Shown: piece after piece, positions 1 to 11,582 of the stretch | Layout: each line of letters begins with the position of its first letter | How positions within the stretch are numbered: the first letter of the stretch is position 1 | NCBI GenBank assembly: GCA_030167865.1 | Contig: JALAGF010005416.1 | Span: forward strand, 1 to 43,736 | Reading direction: 5' to 3' | Length of the DNA: 43,736 nt | Source: Craspedostauros australis | Taxonomy: Eukaryota | Translations under genes and position numbers: made by a program | Notes under the pieces: generated by a model | What the model saw: the letters and a program-made list of their open reading frames with translations, nothing else | What the model was told of the DNA's origin: nothing | Database searches by the model: none

Positions 1-691
1 AGTCTCCAAGTCCGCGCTCGATTGTCACCTTGAATTTGCTGCCTTGGATGTCCTTCAGGAATGTCTCCAATGCCTTGGAGTCTCTGCAGCAGAAGCAATC
101 GTCCATGTAGATGGCCACGATCATACTTCCTTCGTTCGTCTTCCTGTAGAACAGGCACGGATCTGCCGCGCTCTGTTCGAAGTTGATATTCTTGAGGGTT
201 GATACCAACATCTTGAACCATTGCCTGGCGCTCTGCACAAGTCCGTAGATTGGCTTGTGTAGGGTCAGGGCTTCGTCTGGTTGATGATCCATCCCGTTGG
301 GACAGTTCATGTAGATCTCCTCGTCGAGGTCTCCATGTAGGAATGCCGTTACAACATTGACGAGTGCGCAGTCCATCTTCTTGATCAGCATGATCACCAT
401 CATGACCCGATAGGTCACATCATGGATGACGGGTGAGTAATGCTCTTGGAAGTCCACTCCTGCGACTTGTGAATAGCCACATGCAACGAGCCGTGCTCGA
501 TGTNNNNNNNNNNNNNNNNNNNNNNNNNNNNNNNNNNNNNNNNNNNNNNNNNNCAGCTTGAAGACCCATTTGCACTTGCAGCATCTGCGGCCGCGTGGGA
601 TGGCATCTCGTTTGATCTTGCTGTACACCTTGCGTGTGTCCATGGAGTCGAACTCTTTCTTGATGGCTGCTCGATATCCCTTTCGATGGAT
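1..691 (-). pseudogene. Copia reverse transcriptase (RVT_2-type), partial and interrupted by N gaps
   Basis: Manual translation: AAIKKEFDSM...CKCKWVFKL / HRARLVACGYSQVAGVDFQEHYSPV...LVNVVTAFLHGDLDEEIYM...KPIYGLVQSARQWF...DPCLFY...VAIYMDDCF. The first catalytic Asp reads Asn (356-358). Confidence 0.95.
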
Positions 692-1494
692 NNNNNNNNN
701 NNNNNNNNNNNNNNNNNNNNNNNNNNNGAATGTTGTAGGTTCGATGTGCTTCTCTGGTTCTTTCTTCTCGTCCTGCATCGACAGTCCGATGTCGATCGCT
801 GGTGATTCGGTGATGATTGCATTCATTCCGTACAGTCCTGTTGTGCTATAGTGAGTGATCTCAATCTCTCCTTCATCTGCAATTTCTTCGTCATCTGTAG
901 TTTCGTTGTTGGAGTCGTCGATCATCTCATCGCTGAGTTCGTCACTGTCTTCATTGGATGATGACTCGCTCTCATAGCCTTCCTCCTTTCGACCTCGTTC
1001 GTTGAAGTCTGCGAGCTCACGCAGAGCTCTGGGAATACTCTTCCCTGCAGTTGACTTGGGATTAGCTTCTCCCTTCCTGCCTCGTGCTTCGTGACGTCGG
1101 ATTCTCTCCTTTCTAGCTATGTCACGTTTACTTGGTTTGCTTGGTGGAGGTCTGGATGGTGTGTCATGTGTAGACCTCGCTGGTGTGTTCGGAGGGGTGA
1201 CGCCTGTGTCATCGTCGTCTTTGTCGCCGGATGGTATGATCTCGTCATCCTCATGATTGGATTCGCTCCGATCTTCCTCGTCGTTATGGATTAGTTGAGT
1301 CACTACTCCATCGTTCTCATCGTCGCTATCTGATAAGATGTGATACCTATTGGTATCAGCGAAAGATACTCTCTTCGCTTCTGATGTTTGATGCATTGCC
1401 GTCTTTGGCGTTGCTCCCTTTTGTCCGATGGTTGTGAAGCTGTTTGCATCTGTTGTTCCTGCTTCGCTGGATATGTTCGGTGCTGGTGCCCAGC

Positions 1495-2490
1495 CACAGA
1501 ACTGTCTGTATGATTGGTTGAGCCACTTGATGTCGCGAGAGCAGATCAGTGACTTGGTCGATGGTCTGTACATGTTGTAGACCCCTGATGCGTGTTGGTG
1601 TGCATATCTGATGAACGCCATCTCTTCTCCTCTATTCTTGAGTTTGGCGGTGATCCCGCCGTAGGTAGTCTTCACAACACCCACCTCTCCAAATGTACGG
1701 AGTGCATTTGCGTATGGTGGATCGTTGCCAAAGAATTGGCGATATGGTGACTCCTTCTGGTTCTTCGCTACAGTGATGTTGGCAATGGCGGTGGCAGTGC
1801 TTGCAGTTGTTGCCCATAGACCATGCCTATATTCTTCGTCGAGCTGTGCTCCGTTGAGCATGGAGCGGATCTTGGTGTAGAGGTACGCGAACTTGCGTTC
1901 TACTCTACCGTTCTGTTGCGGCGTGTTCGATGCTGTGAATTCGAATTTCACGTTCAGTCCTGCATCGATGAGAGTATCCTGCGTGGACTTGTTCTCTCCG
2001 CTGTTGTCACCTCAGAAGATGATCTGTTGGTCACCAGTCTGTGACTTGATCGTTTGGATGAATCGTTTGATGTATCCTGGTTGATCACTCTTGTTCTTGA
2101 GAAAGAAACTCCAGCAGTGATCTGTGCGGTCGTCCACGATCAGGGTCCAGTAGCGTTTATCTCCGAAGCTTATGTGTTTAGTGTAACTAATGTCAATGAA
2201 GAGCCGTTCGCCNNNNNNNNNNNNNNNNNNNNNNNNNNNNNNNNNNNNNNNNNNNNNNNNNNTTTATCTCCGAAGCTTATGTGTTTAGTGTAACTAATGT
2301 CAATGAAGAGCCGTTCGCCGCGGCGAGTTGCTCTCGGAATGGTTGCTTTCGGGATATTCTTCACTCTTGCGTTCGCGACCGCGCAGTCGCGACATACCGG
2401 CATCTCGCCAATGATCTTCCATCTGTATTGGCCGGATGTCCGCTTCATGGTTTCGAGTGGCGCGTGGCCGAGCATTCGATGCAAGTTCAC
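1495..2490 (-). pseudogene. Copia integrase (HHCC, catalytic core and C-terminal domain) with an in-frame stop
   Basis: LHRMLGHA...VCRDCAV, GERLFIDIS, LIVDDRTDHCWSFFLK, IIF*GDNSGE (TGA at 2012-2014), TPQQNGRVERKF, LRTFGE, SRDIKW. Confidence 0.92.
2156..2319. repeat. 57-bp exact duplication either side of an N gap (probable contig-overlap artefact)
   Basis: 2156-2212 is identical to 2263-2319, separated by 50 N. Confidence 0.85.
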
Positions 2491-2689
2491 CGCGCTGATC
2501 TCCTTGGATGGATTCTTGACGATGGCTGTGCAAGCCTTGTCGTCGTNNGTTGGCATGATGGGATGCATCTGCACTCCCGTGATGAATCCGTTGGATGTAG
2601 GGAAGACTCGATCGAACACGATCTTCGTTCCGGATCCGTTGATAATGTCCATCAGAATGCCGTTGCCACCAAGTTGGTAACCGTTGTAC

Positions 2690-2940
2690 AGAGCCTTGTT
2701 CGTAGAGAAAAGGTTCACCGCCATTTTTTGGTGTGTACTTCACATCATCAAATCGGATGATATGACCAGTGTTGTCTCGTTGCTTGACCTTCAAGCGAAT
2801 GGATCCCATTTTGGGAGAGTCCAGCTTTGTGCTGTCTCCCACTTGGACGAAGGACTTGATGTGCTGCACGTTGAAGAGAGCGGCGTCCGAATTCACAATG
2901 TGACACGAAGCTCTTCTGTCGGCGAGCCAGGTGTCCTTGT
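2690..2940 (-). pseudogene. Copia aspartic protease domain, degenerate and frameshifted
   Basis: DTWLADRRASCHI (consensus W-x-x-D-S-G-A-S-x-H), VQVGD, DVKYTPK|MAVNLFS. The frame changes in the A6 run at 2724-2729. Confidence 0.85.
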
Positions 2941-3991
2941 TGACCTTGTCTTTGTGTTTGGTGCTCAGCTCGTGGAGCTGTTCCACAGCGGCTGCAGCCA
3001 AGTCATCCATGTGACCTCCATCATGGTTGTCTGGGTTGTCGTCTTCGTGGATTCCATCTTTGTTGTAGGGGTCATGGTCTTCGTCGTCCATGTCATGATT
3101 GGCAGTCTCGTCGTTGGGTAGTTCTGCGAACTCCGATGGAACCGTGCTGTTTCGATGAGTTCCTGTCACCGGATTGTACGGCATGACTCATGGTTGCTCG
3201 CGTAAGAGTACCTGCATACATCCTCCAAGGATGTAGTACATGGCCATGTCGGGAATTGAATTGTTGTTGTACTCCCCCAACAATCGGTTGATGACCAATC
3301 CGTTGGCAAGAATCTCTTTGACTTATCAGAAGTTCTTCGACAGTATTGTGGCTGCCGCGCACACCCATAGGCGTCGCTCTCCCACATTGGCATCGTCTGG
3401 GTACAGATGCATGCCTGCTGTCATCACAGCGTCGTGGATGAGCTGACATTGCTTAATCTCTGCTGTTGCTGGGACTGTGGTGTTGTGTCAAGTCTGTATA
3501 TCACTCTTGTTCCTCTGAACTCTGAGGTCGGTGCGAATGCAACGTTGGCTGGGTAGACGACTCGCTTGTCGGGGTTGAATCCATCTTCTGATTCATCACT
3601 GCTATCTTCATCGAAGATGCCCGTTCTATTGTTCCTTGCCGGTGGAGGAGGCGGCGCCTCGCTGCCATTCATCTCGTCGTCGGGGACATCTTTGTTCTTG
3701 TTGGGGCCTGCGCCGTTTGCATTCTTGGCGGCTTCGATCTTGATCTCGATTTCGATGGCCTCAGTTTCCATTTCAGCTGCGTTGCCGGATGGATTGATGA
3801 TGTCATTCTCGTTGAAGCAGTACTCAAAGCTGATTTCACGATGTGGATCGACTTCATGGATGATTGGCTCGTTGCTGAGCCACGCTGGTACGGCCTCGTC
3901 GTTGCGTACTTCACAATCCGAGCCGCGGGCTCGCACTGATCTATGGTTTATAAACGTGTTGGCAAGTTCCGCTCACGGAAACTCTTGCAAC

Positions 3992-4622
3992 TGTTAACAA
4001 CAGTGTTGGTGGTGGTGGTGGTTGCAATTCTGTTTGCTAGTTCATTACGTTGCTATTCCAATTCTGTCTTGGAGTCTCCTGATTATGAGTCAGCATGCAA
4101 GATGATCTTTCACGGTTGCTCGTTTTCTCTCTCTCTCTTTCTTGTGTGTTGGTTCTACACAATATTCCGTACTCAATACGTGCTCCGTATTCGATACATA
4201 TTCAGTTGTCTCATCCTCTATTGGTGTACTACTTTGTGTGCAGTTGCCAATGTCTCATCTGAACTCCTCCTTGCAGATCCACAATCTCGATGTCCCTTGG
4301 TCATCAAATCTTCTCCTTCTCGATCTGATGTGGAGACAGCTGTCGATGTGGTGACATGATGACATCTTGTTGACGTCAGCTGTCAACTTCCATGGTCCTT
4401 CCGATTCCATGTTCCATCATTGATGCAATGGTCTGTCAAGGATATCGTCATTTGAGGTTAAGTTGAGAAATACATCGAGCTTCGCTCGATGCCATACGTT
4501 TCCACTGGTTGATGGACGGACAATGTTCCTGATACTCTCAGAAATCGTTGTTTGCAGATTTCCTCCAGAAATTCTGCTCGTTGTCGTGTGTTCCATTTGT
4601 GATGTGATTTCGTTCCATCACA
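3992..4622 (-). repeat. Putative 5' LTR of the copia element (631 bp, TGT...ACA termini)
   Basis: Minus strand starts TGTGATGGAAC (4622) and ends GTTGTTAACA (3992). Non-coding and directly upstream of the internal region. The partner LTR and TSD are outside the window, so the boundaries are unverified. Confidence 0.55.
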
Positions 4623-5510
4623 GTTCACTCATGACACGAATGTAGTTGTACTGCCAGTACATGAGTATAAGAGAACAATGGGTGAGCGATGCACATACAC
4701 ATTTGCACATTCCTACAGTCATGGATGATTTTCCACTTGCTTGTGCCATTGCACAGGGAGTGAGTGATGCATACAAACATGCACACAAAACCCCAACAAA
4801 CAAGTACATGGAAGGCTCTCATTCAAAGCTACACACTGAGGAATTGGCAAGGTGCATCACAGAGACGTTGACAACAACAAGTCAGAACGAAACGAGCACG
4901 TTCCATTGTGCAACGCACAGCATACACAACTTTGATGCATACAAGAGCGTTTGGTGAACGCAACTAGAATGTGGCGAACCCTGTAAGATCGAGCACCTTG
5001 ATAGTGGCGGTAGGCAGTCGTGTATTCTAATGCAGTNNNNNNNNNNNNNNNNNNNNNNNNNNNNNNNNNNNNNNNNNNNNNNNNNNTTCCATCACAGTTC
5101 ACTCATGACACGAATGTAGTTGTACTGCCAGTACATGAGTATAAGAGAACAATGGGTGAGCGATGCACATACACATTTGCACATTCCTACAGTCATGGAT
5201 GATTTTCCACTTGCTTGTGCCATTGCACAGGGAGTGAGTGATGCATACAAACATGCACACAAAACCCCAACAAACAAGTACATGGAAGGCTCTCATTCAA
5301 AGCTACACACTGAGGAATTGGCAAGGTGCATCACAGAGACGTTGACAACAACAAGTCAGAACGAAACGAGCACGTTCCATTGTGCAACGCACAGCATACA
5401 CAACTTTGATGCATACAANAGCGTTNGGTGAACGCAACTAGAATGTGGCGAACCCTGTAAGATCGAGCACCTTGATAGTGGCNGTAGGCAGTCGTGTATT
5501 CTAANGCAGT
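4613..5510. repeat. 424-bp direct duplication either side of an N gap (probable assembly or haplotype overlap)
   Basis: 4613-5036 matches 5087-5510 (offset 474); the second copy differs only by single n characters. Confidence 0.85.
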
Positions 5511-6441
5511 GCAGATAATAATGCTGTGTTTGCGATCATGATGCGCAGCAGGGTACTCCCAAAAATGATGACTCGTGCACGCGGCGAGCCAGCCTGTAGT
5601 ATGCGCACGAAGCTCGTATTTGCCCACATGATCGCCGCGAACAGAAAGGAGACAAAATGAACGAAGATCTGATACTGGGATGGAGGTATCTCATTGAGCA
5701 ACTCAGAGAAATGACGTCACATGTTGATGTGGTGTTGCGACACCCACAAAGACAAAAAAGAGTCTGTTGATGACGTGGTTGCGAGCGTGCAGCACTCGGG
5801 AAGGGAGTTTTGGGAATAACAGGAAAAGGGTTTGCCGCAGCTTCCAACTTAACCCTTTACCGTTAATGACAGTCCCAACTCATGTCCCACAGCACACTCG
5901 TCCGAGCGGAGTAGTATAGTACACTCATCCGAGGTGGCGGGCAGTTCTCGTGGTCCACCAAATTTCAGTTGACCTGCTGTCACGTTGGCGCAGGTCTTGG
6001 TGGAATGATGTGAGATGGGCAATAGCAGCAAACGAGAGCTTTGTGATCTGCTTTGATGACCGGACGGAGAAACCAAGAAGAAGGCAAGACCGTCGGTTGT
6101 CAGCGTTCGCAGCACAAACAACAAAGACAACAACATGTGATGGACGCTTTGATGCCATAAAATCACTCGAGGCACCAACAAGAAGAGCAGCATAAAATCA
6201 CCTTTGGCACCCAAACACGTCCAAACATCCACACAAAACCACAACGTTTCCATTTGCTCGAACCATGTGCACCCCCGCATCATTCCTCACACGTCGTCGT
6301 TCTCTCGCTCATGCTGAAGACTCACCGGCCCGATACTGCGCTACCCGCAACGGCAAGAACAACAGCAACAGCGAACAGCGCGAGCTGAAGACAAGATATT
6401 CCTACTCATCAGCAACACCATCCTTTGCATCGACCAGTAGC

Positions 6442-7227
6442 ATGGATCAACACTTCGGGTACGACGGTATAGATGAAGACCTTTCCTGCGATGACACCAA
6501 CTCCTGCAGCAGCGATGACGAGAGCACCTGTGATTGCTGGAGCTCGGCGCGTGACACCCTGTTGAACAGAGACCCGGATCAGGAGGCCCTCCCGGTCATC
6601 CACGAGAGTGAAGCGTTCACAGAAAGAAGCCAACAACGCTTTCGACCCGTCACGACGCAATGCTGCCGTGGTGATATCCGTCGGTGGAGCTCCACCTCAT
6701 CGTCGAGAGGCTCGCTACCACTTCGTGCCCATGCACACGCAGCATCGCAGAACAGCAAAGATCGTCCGTTGCAATGCCCAACCCGGCGGATGTCTTGAAC
6801 GACGCGTTCGATAGATGCGCACAAGAACATCCCGGACTGGCAGAAACCAGACAGTTTTGATACCTCAGCTGGATCCTCTATGGAGGATTTCAGGTGAGGT
6901 GCTCCATCCATAGATACAAGAGAGGATTCCAGTCGAGATCTGCACCATTGTTCCGAAGATTTCAGCTGGAGAGTGGTCATCCAGCAACGTCACGATGCAG
7001 ATGGCACACAAGCATCAGACGTTACATCGATCGTGGAGCAGAAAAACGATTTTTACAACAACAGAAAACCAATAGAGAAAGTCCTCGGGCCAATTTTGAC
7101 CAAGCCATACCTTCGAGCAGAGAGACTAATAAACGACGTTGTTCTGCATGGACCATTCGAGTACTCTTCAATACTTGCATTGTATGGTTGCGCTAGAGAG
7201 AGAAGCGGCATCAGCATCGTAGCGTAG
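6442..7227 (+). pseudogene. Hypothetical low-complexity protein with an RW...DxPxxxPxRR motif; either a 118-aa gene ending at 6798 or a longer frame broken by two TGA codons
   Basis: ATG at 6442, acidic start MDQHFGYDGIDEDLSCDD, IRRWSS, KDRPLQCPTRRMS. The same frame stays open to 7227 except for TGA at 6796-6798 and 6895-6897. Confidence 0.4.
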
Positions 7228-7421
7228 CACTGCTATACTCGTAAACCATAAATTGTTATTCAGCTGGCACCAAGCTGATCGGCGCACGCTGTCATTGAGC
7301 GTCAAATGGTTTCGTGTGGTTGTTGCGTTGTTTGTGCCTCGCGACAAAGGCTGGCCGACTCCTGCGTTCGGACTATTATAGGACACATTCGGCTATTCCG
7401 CGATGAAAGCGAGAAGGTGAG

Positions 7422-7427
<6 letters not shown>

Positions 7428-7459
<32 letters not shown>
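7428..7459. repeat. (GA)n microsatellite
   Basis: Directly visible. Confidence 0.95.
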
Positions 7460-7461
<2 letters not shown>

Positions 7462-9078
7462 CGAGGAAAGTCAGATACGAGCCAGAGTAGTATTGTCATG
7501 AATCGGTTGGTACGGTCGGCGCCGGCATAGTTCGTACCAATTCTGCAACATCTCGTCTCAATCGGAACATCCTTCCAAGTGCGGCGATGCCCATACTATC
7601 GATGTACGATCCTCTTGTGGTACTCAGAGCCTCGCAAATGTGTTGGAACGCATCAGACCCGAAGGTGTCGCCAAGCAAGGCCTGCCTGAATGCAAATCGC
7701 AATAATGTCGGCATGTCTGGAAACGCAGATGCGGTCCCACAACAGCCACCACGGCAGCTTCTGCGAGTGTGTCTCGTTAACAGAAGGAAAGGGCATCCTT
7801 GACTTTCCTCGGCCGCGCGTGTTGATGGCTTATTAAATGGAGCAGAGTACTCTATCACTCTGCTTTGAATTGAATTGGATGAATGGCCGACTGGCTGTGT
7901 CTTGGCATGAATGGCCCGGCGACACAACCAATCGTGCCAACCGCCACCCTGTGATCTCTGATGTTGACCCATCGCAACGGCAAATGACCATGTCTGGCAC
8001 AGCTGTGTGAGCCGTCGTGGTTGCAGAAGTGGAGAGGCTCCAAATTAGAGTGTTGAACGATGGGCTTTCCGTCTTCAGTTGGTGCAAACACCACACTTGT
8101 CACATGTGAGAATCTGGGAGAATCGCGCTATCAGGCCCGCCCAAGAGACCCGCACAAACAAGCGACTCCTCTCAAAAGAGTCGCGAACACATCATTTTCA
8201 TGATTCCCTCATTCTTTTTGCGATCTATTGAGTCTCCATGCCGGTTACTTCCCTCTTCTCTTCCGCAGTTTGTTGCAATCATTCCTCACACAACAGATAC
8301 ACACACTCATACGAATAGTAGAGTACTTCAGGTTTGTAAAGTCTCTGTGTCGTCGTATCTTGCAGAGTAAAGTTGTTGGGGCACCGTGGATTGTATCGTA
8401 CGTGGCGAATGCGCTCTTCCGTGATCTTTCCATGCACAAGTTGAACTGGACCAAGCCGATAGCAAAGTCTGCAGCGCCCATCAAGGTGGCGGACCGTGGT
8501 TTGGGCTTCTTCTGAGTGCCGCATCGATGACCCCCCGTACAAACTTCAAGGTTATGCTCCATTCACAAATTCGACTTTTTGTGGCGCACGTGGCAACAAG
8601 ACAACAAGCGAAGCAACGCAATCGCACCATCATCGCCTCGTCCGCAAACACAAGCACGCCCAAAGAGAGGGCGGAGCGCTCAGCTCCCCACAAGGCCGCT
8701 CACAACACAACAAGACAATCAATTTTGCGACTGCAGACATGCGGATCTGAGAACACCGAAGAAGCTATCCTGCGCCATTTACAGTTAACACGGTCACACG
8801 AACGACATCAGCATCAACACGAACATCTGCACAGAGATCTCTCCGCACGACCTTGGTCATTCTTCCTATCACTTTTGTCCTTGAAACACAAAGCACCGCA
8901 AAGTACTGGAAGGAGCATCAGTGGCATCATCGTGTCTCTCTGGCCCGCACAAGTACGCGTGTACAAGCCAATGCATACCGAACACTATTCGCAATCTCGG
9001 CGAGCTGCCACAGTGAAATTGTGAGCATAATCCCCGTTCTGTTGCGCGAGTTTAACCTGAACGGCACCAGAACAAAGA

Positions 9079-9732
9079 ATGGGCACACCTCGACTTACGA
9101 ATAACAACATGCGCGAAGCTGATCGGATCATCCGCACACATAATGCCATGGCCTCGGCTGCTGACAGCAAACCACCATCCAAAGCACAGCTGCATGAGTG
9201 CCATCGGGCCACGATGGTGATGTCGATATCAAGCCAATCGCCGACCATTGCGGGATCTCTTCCGAAATCACAGCAACAAGCGCACGGACAGACACAAGCG
9301 CCACCTTCACGCTCACGTTCACCATCATCAACCATATCCGTCCCATGGCATCTGACAGGTCATGCCCAGCATCACGGCTTCGGGGTCGCAGCCGCATTCG
9401 AACACCAAACGCCGACGCAGACACAGACACAGCTATTCGTTGGCAAAGATTCGCCATCAACATCGGTTTTTCAACACGAAAGCGATCGCTGGATTCCATG
9501 CCAAGCATCTCGGAACGATTGCCCACCCTCGTATCCCCCTCGCGCGCTCAGGAAGACGGAGACAATGCGATCAAGGCAGCACAGATTCCCAACGCGACTG
9601 ATGAGATACAGATCTTCCTCCTCATGGTCACTGTCCCTGTCGACGATCGATTCAGTCGCGGAACACCCGAGCGAGATGGAAGCAGAGGCAGACACCAGTA
9701 CATACAGTCACGAGTATCAACCGGCTCATTGA
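9079..9732 (+). CDS. Hypothetical Ser-rich protein with a DRW...DCPPSYPPR motif
   Basis: 217-aa ATG ORF, disordered composition, motif shared with the neighbouring ORFs. Confidence 0.5.
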   Translation: MGTPRLTNNNMREADRIIRTHNAMASAADSKPPSKAQLHECHRATMVMSISSQSPTIAGSLPKSQQQAHGQTQAPPSRSRSPSSTISVPWHLTGHAQHHGFGVAAAFEHQTPTQTQTQLFVGKDSPSTSVFQHESDRWIPCQASRNDCPPSYPPRALRKTETMRSRQHRFPTRLMRYRSSSSWSLSLSTIDSVAEHPSEMEAEADTSTYSHEYQPAH

Positions 9733-11291
9733 CATTGATGTTCGTGTCGGCGCTGTCGCGACTGTCGCCACTGACGTACAAGCATACACGAGCATGCACG
9801 AACGCGCACGAATCCGGAATGAATCGTGTTTGTGAGGCGAGAGGCCCACATCGGCAGAACAGAGCAACTATGTACGCTTCGTTTTCATACAGCACATGTA
9901 CATACGATCTGGACGAATTTTTGAGATACGCGTAGAGTAAATCCTTCTAAAGTAGAGAGTGTTGGCACTCGCACAAGTCTTCCATTCTTCTTAGCGCTGA
10001 TCATGAATTCACGAGTCGAGCACGAGTTCACTCGAAGTTCGCTGGATGGTCGTTCATGGCTCTTTTGCTCCATCGCTCTATCATTTTCAACCCGAACGCA
10101 GTCACCCTCTGAAGAAATAGGTGGATGAACATCATCCTTCACCGAAGCAGATCGACTCTCTCTGGAGCGGGGTCGTCTGCTTCTGTGTACTCTACTCTAC
10201 ACACGAGTACTTGGAGCATACAAGTGCATGATGGTGACTTCGTTCACAGGAGGAACCTCGGTGGCCGAGGGAAGAATATCGTTAGAGAGAAGACGAGACC
10301 AGAGCAGTTCTCCGCAAGGAACCGCTTCTTCCCCAAGGGTCAACAACAACAAGGCACGCATAGTTGCTCTCAGCGTGCGATTTCCTCACTTTGCCAAATG
10401 GAGTCTCTGGTCAGCGTCATTACGTTGACATGTCGAACACATCACACACAAACTGACGTGGAATCATTCCACGCACTATCTCACAAGTTGGTCCAGCCGA
10501 CTTGCGTTGATTGTTGAACAACAAAGGACTGTTTCTTGTGTCTTCTCCCTTCAACATTGGTTTATAGCTTTGTGCAGAAATCAGAAAGAGGTTGGTCCAC
10601 ATTGTGGCGCCTGCGGTTCAGATTGCGTCACTTTGTGTCACAAGCGCTCCAGACGTGATCTCGCCAAAGCGCACAGAAGCCCAACAATACTACGCGACCT
10701 GCAAAGGCGAAGTTGGCAATGTTCGAACAACTCCATCGAATTCCGGGACTGCGTGCAAGTCCGATGGCAACACACACGAACATTGCTGTGCCCGTGCGCA
10801 CATTAACGGCACCAAAAGAGAACTTCGCAAGGGACAAATCAGTTTGTAAGAGCAAACCGGTTCAACTGTGTTCCTAGTTGAGCGACCAACAAAAGTTCTC
10901 CGTTGTGGTTGACACCAAGGTGGTATCGACCAACGTCCCACGCACACTCGCGCTGTTGTCGCCCGTTTGGGCCTCTTCATGCGGAATCGATATTCCAAAG
11001 AAACCGGTTGGTCACATTCGCCTGCGGTTGGCTCGGCGAAGAATGGTGCCATCAGACGCCTCACCATCTCCACACAAAGCGCTGCGTGGTCTGCAGCATC
11101 GTCCCGAGGCGAAACTCCAAACAGCGTCGTTGTCGTGATCAGCGAAACAACACGTTCACCTCCACACTGGTGCACCCGGAACACAACCGGCGCAAACGAG
11201 TTCCGTACTGTCATAAAATCACATCAAATCACAACAAAAACGCTCACAATCCAATCGCAACCTAGCAGCAACAACAACAATAGCTATAACC

Positions 11292-11582
11292 ATGTCCAAC
11301 GAACAACCACTGTCAAGCTTCATGCAAACCCTCCTATGCGAGGTGCAACAACTGGGCGAGATCCTGGTGGTCTGCGACAACGCCCGCACGGAGCCGAAGG
11401 CCACCGACATGGCCTGCAGACGAAGCAGCCGACAAAGCCGTTCAAGCGATCGATGGTCAACCTGCTCAGCGGAAAGCAACACCATGCTTCCACCAACACG
11501 CAAGGACACCGTGCTGCAGGCACCAATCCGCAGACCCGACCATGCATCTGCCCAGAAGTTCACTGGGGCACGAGCGGCATGA
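11292..11582 (+). CDS. Small hypothetical protein with 'LVVCDNA...DRW...PTR/PIRR' motifs; 3' gene structure unresolved and may extend toward 12123
   Basis: MSNEQPLSSFMQTLL...EILVVCDNAR...SSDRWSTC...LPPTRKDTVLQAPIRR. accATG context after a CAA-rich leader. Confidence 0.55.
   Translation: MSNEQPLSSFMQTLLCEVQQLGEILVVCDNARTEPKATDMACRRSSRQSRSSDRWSTCSAESNTMLPPTRKDTVLQAPIRRPDHASAQKFTGARAA

Larger units (their letters stand above)
1..4622 (-). mobile_element. Degenerate Ty1/copia LTR retrotransposon, running off the left edge (RNase H and 3' LTR lie outside the window)
   Basis: Minus-strand domain order is PR-INT-RT, as in copia: WLADRRASCH (protease), LHRMLGH...CRDC (integrase Zn motif), LFIDIS / GDNSGE / TPQQNGRVER (integrase core), KCKWVFK, RARLVACGYSQ, TAFLHG, YGLVQSARQW, DPCLF, YMDD (RT). 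In-frame stops and one frameshift. Confidence 0.95.

Noticed and set aside
4613..5510. 424-bp tandem duplication as a real repeat or LTR pair
   Set aside because: The copies are identical apart from n characters and abut a 50-N gap, the same pattern as the 57-bp duplication at 2156-2319. An unmerged contig overlap is the simplest explanation.
5849..5865. TTAACCCTTT as a piggyBac left end
   Set aside because: I found no matching AAAGGGTTAA end and no piggyBac transposase motifs in the window; a lone 10-mer is insufficient.
6796..6897. In-frame TGA codons as selenocysteine
   Set aside because: No redox-motif context and no SECIS element that I can identify; CGA->TGA mutation or a true stop is more parsimonious.
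8245..8562. Minus-strand ORF faintly resembling the N-terminus of PIF/Harbinger-type transposases
   Set aside because: The similarity is impressionistic; no DDE core or TIRs follow.
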